In this document: positions 40,349-50,714 of the stretch, piece by piece
How positions within the stretch are numbered: the first letter of the stretch is position 1
Layout: every line of letters begins with the position of its first letter
Program-made: the position numbers and the translations under genes
Origin: an uncultured virus (IMG/VR IMGVR_UViG_3300017783_003463)
Taxonomy: Duplodnaviria; Heunggongvirae; Uroviricota; Caudoviricetes
Virus record (IMG/VR): IMGVR_UViG_3300017783_003463
Coordinates: 1 to 64,000 of that record
Strand: one strand, 5' to 3'
Length of the DNA stretch: 64,000 nt
Notes under the pieces: generated by a model
Database searches by the model: none
What the model saw: only the letters and a program-made list of their open reading frames with translations
What the model was told of the DNA's origin: nothing

Positions 40349-41245
40349 TTATATTTTTATTGTAGTTTTTATCATATCACCTGTATTCATGCTTTCAGTG
40401 ATCGTAAGTGTAGTTCCATCAACAGTAAAGTCAAATAAATGCTGTTGAATATTATCATTTATGGTTACTGTAAGTTTTTCTATAGGAGTCATACTAGCAG
40501 ATTTAGACAGTGTAAACGTATTAGTACCGCTGTATACAAAATTTTGTACTATAAGTGTATCATTATAGTCTTTAACTATTTGTCTTTGCTTTCCTTCTGG
40601 TGTAAACGGTAAAAACTTCAATGTTTCAGCATAATAAGAAAATCTCGCTCTTCGAAGCTGATCTGTATTGAGTATGGCTTTTTCATTAACCTCTCTCATA
40701 TTAAAAACGCCTCTACTTCTATACCAGGCTCTAGTTTTTGGATTTCCATAGTCTGCTAATCTTAATACAGTTGCAATTTTTATACATAATTCTTTATTAA
40801 TGGTACTGTTTACTATCATGTTTGCAACAGTATCATAATCAAGTAATCTCAAGGGTTTTAGCAAATTGTATTCAATAGCGCCTTGTATACTTTGAAATAA
40901 TTTGCCTGTTGCCCAATGATACAATATTATTGCGTCATATGCACTTCTACTCATAGTAGTAACATTATTAGCTATTAACTGACTTTTAGCAAGTAACTCT
41001 TGTTTATTATACGCTTCTTGCCAAAGATCAAATGCTTGCTGTTCTGTTAGTCCTATATCATATTCACCTTCGCCGTATGCTGTAGTATCAAATCCGTTGT
41101 AACTACTGAAAAAACCTAATGCTAATAATCTTGCATTTTCACTAGAAGTAACATTTTCTAAAGACAGTTGTGTACTGTATGCTGTTTCATCTTTAACAGT
41201 AAAATCATTCCATATCTTTTTAAATTTGTTTTCAACTGTATCCAT
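40349..41245 (-). CDS. Baseplate-associated protein with degenerate GH24 lysozyme-like domain
   Basis: TTAYG...LTEQQAFDL...SAYDAIILYHWATG resembles phage lysozyme pattern; follows spike gene. Confidence 0.45.
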   Translation of the reverse strand: MDTVENKFKKIWNDFTVKDETAYSTQLSLENVTSSENARLLALGFFSSYNGFDTTAYGEGEYDIGLTEQQAFDLWQEAYNKQELLAKSQLIANNVTTMSRSAYDAIILYHWATGKLFQSIQGAIEYNLLKPLRLLDYDTVANMIVNSTINKELCIKIATVLRLADYGNPKTRAWYRSRGVFNMREVNEKAILNTDQLRRARFSYYAETLKFLPFTPEGKQRQIVKDYNDTLIVQNFVYSGTNTFTLSKSASMTPIEKLTVTINDNIQQHLFDFTVDGTTLTITESMNTGDMIKTTIKI

Positions 41246-42654
41246 TATGTAAATGTTCCTGCTTTTCTCGGATTAACTGAACTTGCATTAGAGCTTGTGG
41301 CTTTTGCACTTGAGTTAGGAGATTGATTGTTGTTTATTTTACTCATATCTATATCTTTAGCAGTAAATTCAGTAGTAGCACTTGCAACCTGTGGCAACAT
41401 TTCTTGTTCTTCTGCATGTCCTCCCCAAGGTTCAGCTTCTGGAACTCGACTGTTTATACTTTCTTTAACTGAGTTATTCACTGTTAAATTATTTGCTACA
41501 GTTTTAGTTGCCTCGGTAGCTTCCGGGCCGTTCAAATCAATTAATGCCGCTGTAGTCCTCATATTACCTTTAGCTCTGATATGTCCATTTAAATCTGTCG
41601 TTAATTTAATATCTTTGTTGGCATGCAAATTAAACTCACCTGTTGCAGTTTCTATTGTTGCGCCATCTTCTCCTCTTGCTTTCATGGTAATTTTATCTGC
41701 ATCTAAATTAAAATCTCCTTCACAATACAGATTGAAATCTGTTTTAGTATGCATACTAACAGCTTCTTCGGCATATATGTCTATTTTACCATCGTTGCTC
41801 ATTTGAATCCAGCTACTTCCACTTTGATTGATTATATAAATCATTCCAGTGCCGTCATGCATTAGTATTTGTGCGCCGCCTTGACTTGCAAGTCTTACTA
41901 AATTACTCAGCCCACCTTTTCTCTCCTTGTCTGGTGTTAAACAAGTATCGCTATTCGGAAGTGTTCCGTCATCCATTACAAAACTATGTCCACCGGGCGT
42001 GTTAAATCCAAAAACCTGGGTTGGGCTTTCTCTTCGTTGACTACTACTGCTTAATCCTCTGAGGCTATCTATGCCAACACCTTGTCCAGTAAGAGCTTCT
42101 CCGTCTTTGGTTTTATCACTTTGTTCTTCACTGTTTTTAACAGTCATACTAGATGCTCGAGGTCTTTTATTTTTATCTTGTACTTTCTTAACACTAGGGT
42201 CTAGTGTAGGTCCTATTGTATCCGCTTCGCTGTCTACAAATGCCGCCGCATTACTAGGCACACTAGCATTCCTGGTAACGTCAGGAAGCACACCTACCAT
42301 TACACCTACATCACTGTTATTAGGAAAAGCCACTAGTATTTGACTTCCTGGTGCAGGAGGATGACTGCTCATACCGTAACTATTTGTAGCGTTTGCGTAT
42401 TGATATGATCCTCCGTATGGAGTTGCACGTCTTATACGATGATATTGCTGTCTTTCATCTTTACTATCAACGTCACCTGCATAGTTTTCACCAACAAGTT
42501 CAACATACATAAACCCTTCATATCTATCATCTACAGTATCAATAACTTTTGCGATAAACAAACCTGTGTACTTTTGAAGGCCGTTTACAGATTTAGACAT
42601 ATCATAACCTTTTTCAAAAGTTTGATTTATGTCGTTCATTCCTTTATATCTCAT
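41245..42654 (-). CDS. Baseplate hub/spike protein, gp5/VgrG-like
   Basis: AKVIDTVD..., PPAPGSQILVAF, GHSFVMDDG, beta-helix-like repeats, IDLNG, VPEAEPWGGH. Confidence 0.75.
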   Translation of the reverse strand: MRYKGMNDINQTFEKGYDMSKSVNGLQKYTGLFIAKVIDTVDDRYEGFMYVELVGENYAGDVDSKDERQQYHRIRRATPYGGSYQYANATNSYGMSSHPPAPGSQILVAFPNNSDVGVMVGVLPDVTRNASVPSNAAAFVDSEADTIGPTLDPSVKKVQDKNKRPRASSMTVKNSEEQSDKTKDGEALTGQGVGIDSLRGLSSSSQRRESPTQVFGFNTPGGHSFVMDDGTLPNSDTCLTPDKERKGGLSNLVRLASQGGAQILMHDGTGMIYIINQSGSSWIQMSNDGKIDIYAEEAVSMHTKTDFNLYCEGDFNLDADKITMKARGEDGATIETATGEFNLHANKDIKLTTDLNGHIRAKGNMRTTAALIDLNGPEATEATKTVANNLTVNNSVKESINSRVPEAEPWGGHAEEQEMLPQVASATTEFTAKDIDMSKINNNQSPNSSAKATSSNASSVNPRKAGTFT

Positions 42655-42658
42655 ACTG

Positions 42659-45412
42659 TTATCCTAACATAATATCTTTTAAAAATTGTGGTGCATTTTT
42701 AGCTCTTATTCTACCACTAGCATCTGGTAGTCCGCCCCAATAAGCACTACCTCCTGGTGCTTGTCCAAATTGTTTAGCAATGTCTATATGAAATCCATTA
42801 TTTCCCATATATCCATTACCAGCACCTATGCCAGTTGCGCCTGCACGTTTAGCTTCAGCTAAAAAGTTTTGTATTAGTGGAACGTCTGCCGGATTGCTTA
42901 AACTTAAATTTCTACCAGAGGCATTTTGTATTCTAATATCAGCCGCCGCTCCGTTGTCGTGTCGTCTTGTACCTGTTCTATTTCCACCAGAAGCTATATC
43001 AGGTTGTCCTCCACTGTATACAACTACACTTAGCCCGCTATTATCAGCCGCAGTTTGTAATATACTTTTAAGTTCAGGTTTGATTTCTTGATTTCGTATT
43101 GTACCACTAGAATTAATTTGAGATTCTATTACATTAGGATTAGCTACATCACCATCTTCTACTTCACCTAAGCTAGACCCGGGTTGCTGTTCTGTTTCTG
43201 AACCTGATTGTTCGCCTTCACCTTGCTCTTCTGGAGTTTTCAATGCTGGTCTTTGTTTTTCTTGTTCCATATCTATTTCACCAGAATTCAAATACTCCCA
43301 CATCATACCTACATTTGTATTTGTATCTCTGTAACTTTGCAATGTCATTGTAAACTGTCCTTCAGAATAACTTGCATCTACTGTGTGAACTCTAAATAAT
43401 CCTACGATACCATAGTTTGCTTCTGGTATACGCATAAGACCTGTGTCTTGGTCTGGATAAGTTGGAAAATCTAAATTTAAAAAGTAACTAACACCTCCTC
43501 TAGTATAGTCTGCGCCTTCTAGTGTTGCTTTTCGACTTTTAGGTCTACCTAACCAATAAGGATCTCCTCTTACTGTAATTTGTTGTTGTACTAGATCACC
43601 TAAACTTTCTAAATTCAGTTCTACCGCCCCTAAGAATACTGCACCAGCTGTATCACCTTCATCTGGCCCATTGGTTGCTTTACTATTAATAGGCGCAATA
43701 TCGTGTGTAAGAGGAAAATTAGTATATTCTTCATTATTTTTATTAACACCAAATAGCTCGCTTTGTGTTAAGTATCTTCCAGTCTGGTTATTAAATGCTC
43801 CGTTGTTTACACGATTCTCTGCTTTTATTTGTTGTTCAAGTGCTATAACTTGATCTTCTATTGGACCTTTACTAGCTTCTAGTGATTTTATTTCGTCCTC
43901 TGCACTTTTAATATCTTGCTGTACTGATTCAATTTTAGCTTCGCCTCTTTTTGCTTCATTTGGATTAAGTAGTACAAGGTCATCTTGGAAATTTTTAAGT
44001 TGACCTTGGTTTTCTCTGATGAGAGCTTTTTGTGCATCAATTTGTTCATTAATCTCTAATAGTGCAGTTTTTTTAATATTAAATTCACTACCAGGTGTAC
44101 CTTCTCCGCCGAATGTATTAGCTACAAATCTACCAGCACCTTGATTCAATGCTTGTATTTGATAATAAGTTGTGTTGAGATAGATATCTAAATTTAAAAC
44201 TTCAGTATTAAGACCTGTATGATAATAATCAAATCGTTTCTTTAAAAGATCTTTTCTAATAATATTTTGTAAACGTTCTTTTTGTATACTTCGACTTTTA
44301 ATAACTTCTTCGTATGAATCAACATCGTGATGAAGTTCAGGTACAGCAATAGCATGTACATTAATTGTTATTTCTTTAGCCCAATCTCTTGATATTGGAT
44401 CGTACATTTGATACACAGTATCGGTATCGAACACAATCCATTGACTTAAATCTTTCCATGTAGTTGCTTTAGCTTTTGGATCATCGGGATTGTCTTTGTG
44501 AAAGCCTCCTTCATCTGTTGGAAGTTTTCTGTATTCTGTTGTTTGAAATAAAGCCATTACAATAAGGTCAGTAAGTCTTGTACCCTTTGGTATAGTAAAA
44601 GTTAAATTTCCAGTACCAGTTACACTAACATTTCCTAAGTCAACATTACCTGCACTTGAATTTTGACCAGCTGGTCCTTCAGATGAGTCTGGACTTGCTC
44701 CAAAAGACCATTCTAAGAATGGGCTAGCTTTTTCAGTAACACCAAATACATAGTCATGTGATAAAGATCTACCTGAGCTATTTGCAACTTGTTTATCTTC
44801 TTGAAGATTAACTTGTTTTTGCAGTCCTTCTAAGAATCCTCCAAAAGTACTTGCCGCTACAGTCATATCTTGTTTTGTAGTAAGTATTAGTTTTTTGAAA
44901 GCATCTTGTGTTGTTTCAATTAAATCTGCTCTATACTGTGTAGCGCCTTCACTGTATGCAAAGTCTAAAGCTGTCATCGTACACATCCAATAGTAAGGAG
45001 GTGTAATATTCTGTGTCGGTGCTCCGTCTTGTTCGTATCCTATAAACTTTAGTTCTAACAAATATGCGGCTTTTAAATGATTTACAATTCCTAAGTCTTG
45101 AGCGGCTTGAGCAATTCTTGTATATAGTGTAGCACCACCTGGTTCAACTAAATTAAAACTAAAAACATTTGCTACTGCTTCTCTGTTAACAGCTTGTTTG
45201 TTAAATGCTAGTTTTAGATTTTGTTGCACACTTTGGATATTAATCTCAGCTTCTACACCGCTTTGAGCAATTATTTTTACATTGTTCGAGTTAATAACTT
45301 GATCATACTTGTTCACATCTTCTGGACGTACCATATACATGGTCCAGTTATAAGTTACATTGTCATACCCATTGAGTATATTATCTTCGTAAAATTGAAC
45401 TTTTCCAGCCAT
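42659..45412 (-). CDS. Baseplate hub-like protein with C-terminal M15/LAS-type Zn peptidase domain
   Basis: ITVRGDPYWL; coiled-coil middle; C-terminal RHDNGAAADI...FHIDI. Confidence 0.6.
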   Translation of the reverse strand: MAGKVQFYEDNILNGYDNVTYNWTMYMVRPEDVNKYDQVINSNNVKIIAQSGVEAEINIQSVQQNLKLAFNKQAVNREAVANVFSFNLVEPGGATLYTRIAQAAQDLGIVNHLKAAYLLELKFIGYEQDGAPTQNITPPYYWMCTMTALDFAYSEGATQYRADLIETTQDAFKKLILTTKQDMTVAASTFGGFLEGLQKQVNLQEDKQVANSSGRSLSHDYVFGVTEKASPFLEWSFGASPDSSEGPAGQNSSAGNVDLGNVSVTGTGNLTFTIPKGTRLTDLIVMALFQTTEYRKLPTDEGGFHKDNPDDPKAKATTWKDLSQWIVFDTDTVYQMYDPISRDWAKEITINVHAIAVPELHHDVDSYEEVIKSRSIQKERLQNIIRKDLLKKRFDYYHTGLNTEVLNLDIYLNTTYYQIQALNQGAGRFVANTFGGEGTPGSEFNIKKTALLEINEQIDAQKALIRENQGQLKNFQDDLVLLNPNEAKRGEAKIESVQQDIKSAEDEIKSLEASKGPIEDQVIALEQQIKAENRVNNGAFNNQTGRYLTQSELFGVNKNNEEYTNFPLTHDIAPINSKATNGPDEGDTAGAVFLGAVELNLESLGDLVQQQITVRGDPYWLGRPKSRKATLEGADYTRGGVSYFLNLDFPTYPDQDTGLMRIPEANYGIVGLFRVHTVDASYSEGQFTMTLQSYRDTNTNVGMMWEYLNSGEIDMEQEKQRPALKTPEEQGEGEQSGSETEQQPGSSLGEVEDGDVANPNVIESQINSSGTIRNQEIKPELKSILQTAADNSGLSVVVYSGGQPDIASGGNRTGTRRHDNGAAADIRIQNASGRNLSLSNPADVPLIQNFLAEAKRAGATGIGAGNGYMGNNGFHIDIAKQFGQAPGGSAYWGGLPDASGRIRAKNAPQFLKDIMLG

Positions 45413-45711
45413 TAGTTTGTCCCGGTAGGTCTGTAATTCTTAGGTACAACTATCCTAGTTCCTGAGATAAAATCCATGATCGGGTCAGTGAGTTTATCTC
45501 TATTGTAATGTGCAAACACCCACCATAGTCTTGAACTTCCATACATATCAAACGCTAACAAATCTGGTCGTTTATTGTACTTTGGTTGTATTATCAAAGT
45601 AGTTGTTTCTTCTGTCAGATTTTCAATAGTCAATGGAGGTTGATACAAGTCAAGGTACTTTTTATTGACAGAAGTTAAAGCATAGTTACTTTTATTATCG
45701 TATCTCTTCAT
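45412..45711 (-). CDS. gp53: Baseplate wedge protein, gp53/LysM-like
   Basis: RPDLLAFDMYGSSRLWWVFAHYN motif. Confidence 0.7.
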   Translation of the reverse strand: MKRYDNKSNYALTSVNKKYLDLYQPPLTIENLTEETTTLIIQPKYNKRPDLLAFDMYGSSRLWWVFAHYNRDKLTDPIMDFISGTRIVVPKNYRPTGTN

Positions 45712-46313
45712 TAAATAAATCCATTTTGATATGCACGACCGCTAATAAAATCGTTAGTAGTAAACTTACTTTTTTGTCTGTCTGGGTTTTGTTGTACTGC
45801 TAATCCAACAAACATGTTCATCATTACAGGTATTTGTGTATCTCCATCAAATAATTTTAAATCTACATTACTATCATATGTTGTACTAAACTGTGTTACT
45901 ACGACCGGAATATTATTAAACTGTTTCTGTCCAAATGCACTAAAATTTAATACTGGAGGAGGAGTACCTGCTACAGGTGAGTTTTGATTAAGCCCAAAAA
46001 ACATTTTTGAAACACTTCTCAAAAAATGTAATACAGCATATGTATATCTAGCTTCGTCGTCTGTAACACTAGCAAATTGACAAGTCAATTGTATGTCTGG
46101 ACTTGGCGTATTTCTATACGCTTGGTATGTATAATTTGTGTGTGTTAGATCATATGCTGAATATGATACACTTTGCGAATATGTAATATCAGGCTGTATA
46201 GGGAACATGATACCTCTATGTACCTGTAATGGAGCCGCAGGTCCATTAAAGTAAAGCGAAGGAGCATTTCTTTTTAAGGTCAATTTAACACGGTTTTTAC
46301 TTAGCACTGTCAT
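45711..46313 (-). CDS. Tail tube initiator / baseplate protein (gp48/gp54-like)
   Basis: THTNY, GTPPPVLNFSAFG..F.NIPVVV; first structural gene of module. Confidence 0.55.
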   Translation of the reverse strand: MTVLSKNRVKLTLKRNAPSLYFNGPAAPLQVHRGIMFPIQPDITYSQSVSYSAYDLTHTNYTYQAYRNTPSPDIQLTCQFASVTDDEARYTYAVLHFLRSVSKMFFGLNQNSPVAGTPPPVLNFSAFGQKQFNNIPVVVTQFSTTYDSNVDLKLFDGDTQIPVMMNMFVGLAVQQNPDRQKSKFTTNDFISGRAYQNGFI

Positions 46314-46890
46314 TAAGTTTGTCCTTTATAAATTCGTACATTTTGGGCTCAATAGTGCCAAAAAATTCTCTAAAAATCATCATCTTTTGATTGTCATTTA
46401 GGTTGTCCATCTTCATTGCATTCCTAAAATCAGTAGCACTCATGCCGCCTTCTTGTATCCCTACTTCTAGTATATAAGCGCCTTGGTCACTGGGTACCAT
46501 TTCTTGTCCTACAACGTAATCTCTGAGAAAACCACCTCGCTTTAGTCTACCTGCATCTTTAGCACTAAACACTAATACCACCGCTGTATCATCAGGGTTT
46601 TTGCCTGTTAGTTTTACATCTGGTCTGTATGGTTGTGTTTGTACAACTTTGTCCATTGGTATATTAAACATGCCATTCATAATCTGTTTCTTCTCATCAA
46701 AGCTAAATGGATCACGTTCTGGAGTAGCAGTCTTGCTAACTGTAGTAGCGATAAATACGTTAGAGGAACCAAACTGTTCCACTAGATCCATATACACTTT
46801 GTGATGACCTTTATGCATTGGCTGAAATCTTCCACCATAAAATACAGCAACGTCTTTTGCTATATCTTCTGTCAGTTGCGTTAATCTCAT
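46297..46890 (-). CDS. HxGH-family nucleotidyltransferase (cytidylyltransferase-like)
   Basis: YGGRFQPMHKGH, PFSFDEK, MSATDFR. Confidence 0.8.
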   Translation of the reverse strand: MRLTQLTEDIAKDVAVFYGGRFQPMHKGHHKVYMDLVEQFGSSNVFIATTVSKTATPERDPFSFDEKKQIMNGMFNIPMDKVVQTQPYRPDVKLTGKNPDDTAVVLVFSAKDAGRLKRGGFLRDYVVGQEMVPSDQGAYILEVGIQEGGMSATDFRNAMKMDNLNDNQKMMIFREFFGTIEPKMYEFIKDKLNDSAK

Positions 46891-46908
46891 GGTCTTCTCC
46901 TATAGTTG

Positions 46909-46916
46909 TATTTATA
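46909..46916 (-). promoter_or_regulatory. T4-type late promoter TATAAATA for tail/baseplate operon
   Basis: Exact match, followed by AGGAG RBS and ATG at 46890. Confidence 0.75.
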
Positions 46917-46937
46917 GAATAATTATATGTGTAGTTA

Positions 46938-46966
46938 TTGACAAGTGTACATTAATTGTGTATACT
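46938..46966 (+). promoter_or_regulatory. Sigma70-type promoter of gp55-like gene
   Basis: TTGACA-N17-TATACT, with TG upstream of the -10. Confidence 0.8.
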
Positions 46967-46987
46967 AGCTTTAGATAAGGAATTAAA

Positions 46988-47866
46988 ATGAGGAAACAAA
47001 ATTATTTAAACAACAAAGATATGCTTAAAGAAATTCATAAAAGTAAACTTAGTTACTGTTATGTATTAGATGACGAATATAGTAGATTTGATACAATCGT
47101 TGAAGACATTGAAGATGTTAAAAAACCTGAAGTTATTCAAACAGCAAAAGAAAATAGAGCCAGACAATTAAGTATTCAAGCATATGAAACTGCTTATTTA
47201 GACTGGTACGATAATACCAGTAGAAAACAAAGTCAAAAACCCAAACAAGTAAATTATAAAATTGATCCAAACACAATAGACGAAAAAAGTCTAGTGTTTA
47301 GAGTAATGACCTACGAACATGTTCCGCTAGAACCTGGTAGAAAAAACAAACCAAAAACTGTAGCAGATCATCATAGTAAATGTAACTTTCCTCCATTTAA
47401 ACATTATGCATATGTTAATGATGAAATTAAAGAATGTTTGCGTAGTCATTGGGAAGGTGGTATTGATAATGGAAAATTTAATACACAACACGGAACTATT
47501 ACAAATAACCTAGCAAAAATGTATATCAAACTGTGCGAACGTTATAGTATGCGTAGCAACTGGCGTGGATATACATATGTAGATGAAATGCGTAGTCATG
47601 CACTATTGCAACTATCGCAAATTGGATTACAGTTCAACGAACTAAAAAGTGAAAATCCATTTGCATATTATACAGCCGCAGTTACTAATAGTTTTACAAG
47701 AGTACTAAACCTTGAGAAACGCAATCAAAACATAAGAGATGACCTACTGCAAGAAGCAGGTCAAATGCCTAGCTGGACCCGACAAATTGAACATGAAATG
47801 GCAGAAAGAGCTAAGTGGGACGAAAAAACCGACAAAGAACGTAAAGAACATGGTTACAACGTTTAG
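46988..47866 (+). CDS. gp55: Late transcription sigma factor, T4 gp55-like
   Basis: NYLNNKDML, NWRGYTYVDEM, SENPFAYYT; upstream of gp47/gp46 as in T4-like phages. Confidence 0.8.
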   Translation: MRKQNYLNNKDMLKEIHKSKLSYCYVLDDEYSRFDTIVEDIEDVKKPEVIQTAKENRARQLSIQAYETAYLDWYDNTSRKQSQKPKQVNYKIDPNTIDEKSLVFRVMTYEHVPLEPGRKNKPKTVADHHSKCNFPPFKHYAYVNDEIKECLRSHWEGGIDNGKFNTQHGTITNNLAKMYIKLCERYSMRSNWRGYTYVDEMRSHALLQLSQIGLQFNELKSENPFAYYTAAVTNSFTRVLNLEKRNQNIRDDLLQEAGQMPSWTRQIEHEMAERAKWDEKTDKERKEHGYNV

Positions 47867-47869
47867 GCG

Positions 47870-47898
47870 TTGACAAGGTATAGTTATGAAGCTATACT
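47870..47898 (+). promoter_or_regulatory. Sigma70-type promoter of gp47
   Basis: TTGACA-N17-TATACT. Confidence 0.78.
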
Positions 47899-47931
47899 AA
47901 GTGAAAGTTTAAACTGAGTGAACGGAGTTCC

Positions 47932-48948
47932 ATGACATTCTTTAACCGTGCGGCTTGTTTTACGGATATACATTTCGGAAACAAGAATAATAGCAAACAA
48001 CACAATCGTGACTGTGTAGACTTTATTGATTGGTTTGTTGAGCAAGCCAAAGAAAAAAACTGTGAAACTTGCATATTCTTAGGAGATTGGCACCATCATC
48101 GTGCCAGTGTAAACGTGAGTACACTTAACTATAGTGTGGAAAACGTAGCAAAGCTCAGTAAAGCATTTAAACAAGTTTATATGATTACTGGCAACCATGA
48201 TTTATATTACAGAGAAAAACGTGACTATAACAGTTTGCCTTATGCAGAACTTTTTGATAATGTGCATCTTATAAACGAGCAAACACTAGTACAAGATGAT
48301 GTAGCACTTGTTCCTTGGTTAGTTGGAGATGAGTGGACACAAGTAAGCAAGACCAAATGTAGATATATGTTTGGTCATTTTGAATTGCCTTACTTTAAGA
48401 TGAATGCCATGGTAGAAATGCCAGATCACGGACAACTGAATGCAGAACACTTGCAAGGGCCTGAGTATGTGTTTACTGGACACTTTCACAAAAGGCAAAA
48501 CAAAGGCAATGTACACTACTTAGGATCACCTTTTCCACACAACTATGCTGATGCTTGGGATGATGAGCGTGGCATGATGGTATTAGAATGGGGAGGTAAG
48601 CCTGAGTATATTGACTTTGCAGGTCCACGATATAGAACTGTACCATTGAGTAGATTGATTGACGAACCAGATGTAATACTTAATGATAAAACTTATTGTA
48701 GAGCTACATTGGATATTGCAATAAGTTACGAAGAAGCAACTTTTATTAAAGAAACGTTTAGTCAACAGTATGGTGTAAGAGAGATAACACTTATGCCTAC
48801 TAAGAAAGAAGAACATGCACAAGACTGGCGGGTAGTAGACGATATTGAAGTTGAAAATGTAGACCAGATAGTGTATAATAGCTTAAATGCTGTGGACAGC
48901 GATTTAATAGATAAGAAACTGCTAGTGGACATATATAACAACTTATGA
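47932..48948 (+). CDS. gp47: Recombination endonuclease subunit, Mre11/SbcD-like
   Basis: DIHFG, LGDW, GNHD, GHFE, GHFH metallophosphoesterase motifs. Confidence 0.92.
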   Translation: MTFFNRAACFTDIHFGNKNNSKQHNRDCVDFIDWFVEQAKEKNCETCIFLGDWHHHRASVNVSTLNYSVENVAKLSKAFKQVYMITGNHDLYYREKRDYNSLPYAELFDNVHLINEQTLVQDDVALVPWLVGDEWTQVSKTKCRYMFGHFELPYFKMNAMVEMPDHGQLNAEHLQGPEYVFTGHFHKRQNKGNVHYLGSPFPHNYADAWDDERGMMVLEWGGKPEYIDFAGPRYRTVPLSRLIDEPDVILNDKTYCRATLDIAISYEEATFIKETFSQQYGVREITLMPTKKEEHAQDWRVVDDIEVENVDQIVYNSLNAVDSDLIDKKLLVDIYNNL

Positions 48949-50714
48949 TTACAATTAAAGACTTAACAGTTAAAAACTTTATGAGTGTCGGCAACGTTAC
49001 ACAGGCTGTACGTTTTACTAACAATGGACTAACACTTGTACTTGGAAACAATGTAGACTTAGGCGGAGACGGCAGTCGTAATGGTACTGGCAAGACTACT
49101 ATTATCAATGCACTTAGCTATGCTATCTACGGAAATGCACTTACAAATATAAGAAAAGATAATTTAATAAACAAAACCAACGGCAAAAGTATGTTAGTTA
49201 CACTGGATTTTGTTAAAGATGGTATACAATACCGCATTGAACGAGGTAGAAAGCCTAATGTGCTTAAATACTATGTCAACAATGAAAATGTTGAAGAAGA
49301 TGAAGCACAAGGTGAGAATCGTCAAACTCAAGCACAAATAGAAAAACTGTTTGGTATGAGTCATGACATGTTCAAACACATTGTTGCACTCAATACATAC
49401 ACAGAACCTTTTCTCAGTATGCGAGCAAATGACCAGCGAGCAATTATTGAGCAGTTACTAGGTATAACAATGCTTAGTGAAAAAGCAGAGGTTCTCAAAG
49501 AACAACAAAGGTTAACGAGAGATGCAATTAAAGAAGAAGAGTATCGAATTAGTGCAGTTGAAGAGGCAAATTCCAGGATTGAGAAAAGTATCAGTGATTT
49601 GGAACGCAGGCAGAAAATTTGGAGGGATCAGCAAAAAATTACTATCGAAGAACTCCAACAAAAAATCAACACACTAGAGAAAATAGATATCCAAACAGAA
49701 CTTAACAACCACACACAGTTAAGTGATTACCTAGAGAAGAAAAAGCTGAAAGACGAAGCAGAACGTTGGTTATCTAATATTCAAACTGACAATACAAAGC
49801 AAGAAAAACTTATTACAAAGTTAGATAAAGAGCTTGCACTACTAGAAGATCACAAGTGTCATGCATGTGGACAAGAAATACATGATACTAAACAAGAAGA
49901 GATACTGTCTAGTAAACAAAGTTTGCGTAAAGAAGCTAGCGAGCAAATAGCAGTGAACGCTTTAGAAGAACAAGAATGGGCAGATGCGTTAGAGTCATTA
50001 GGCGAGTTAGGTCAAATGCCAGTAACACACTACAATACTGAAACTGAAGCACACAAACATAATATGGAATTGGAAAACTTGCGTAGTCAAGTAGACACCA
50101 AGGAAAAAGAAAGTGATACATACCAGGAGCAAATAGATAGTCTGCGTGAAACTGGTGTACAAGAAATAACCTGGGATACTATTAATCAGTTGAACACGGT
50201 AAAAGACCATCAGGACTTTTTATACAAACTGTTGACAAACAAAGACAGTTTTATTAGAAAACGTATTATTGAACAGAACTTACAATACTTAAATAGCAGA
50301 CTAGCTTATTATTTGACCAAGTTAGGATTGCCACATGAGGTTGCATTCCAACCTGATTTAACTGTTGAAATTACAGAGCTTGGCAGAGATTTAGACTTTG
50401 ACAATCTTAGTAGAGGAGAACGCAATAGATTGATACTAGGATTGAGTTGGAGTTTTAGAGATGTATTTGAAAGTATGAACACACCTATAAACTTTTTAGC
50501 AATAGATGAACTTATAGACAGTGGTATGGACACTAATGGTGTTGATGGTGCATTGGGTGTTCTTAAAAAGATAGAACGTGAACGCAACAAAAACATCTTC
50601 TTAATCTCACACAGAGATGAACTAGTAGGTCGTGTAAACACAATACTACAAGTTATTAAAGAAGGTGGCTTTACTACGTTCAGTACTGATACGGAGTTTG
50701 TAGATGCCTCCTAA
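48945..50714 (+). CDS. gp46: Recombination ATPase subunit, Rad50/SbcC-like
   Basis: NGTGKTT Walker A, CHAC zinc hook, LSRGE signature, IDE Walker B, ISH. Confidence 0.93.
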   Translation: MITIKDLTVKNFMSVGNVTQAVRFTNNGLTLVLGNNVDLGGDGSRNGTGKTTIINALSYAIYGNALTNIRKDNLINKTNGKSMLVTLDFVKDGIQYRIERGRKPNVLKYYVNNENVEEDEAQGENRQTQAQIEKLFGMSHDMFKHIVALNTYTEPFLSMRANDQRAIIEQLLGITMLSEKAEVLKEQQRLTRDAIKEEEYRISAVEEANSRIEKSISDLERRQKIWRDQQKITIEELQQKINTLEKIDIQTELNNHTQLSDYLEKKKLKDEAERWLSNIQTDNTKQEKLITKLDKELALLEDHKCHACGQEIHDTKQEEILSSKQSLRKEASEQIAVNALEEQEWADALESLGELGQMPVTHYNTETEAHKHNMELENLRSQVDTKEKESDTYQEQIDSLRETGVQEITWDTINQLNTVKDHQDFLYKLLTNKDSFIRKRIIEQNLQYLNSRLAYYLTKLGLPHEVAFQPDLTVEITELGRDLDFDNLSRGERNRLILGLSWSFRDVFESMNTPINFLAIDELIDSGMDTNGVDGALGVLKKIERERNKNIFLISHRDELVGRVNTILQVIKEGGFTTFSTDTEFVDAS

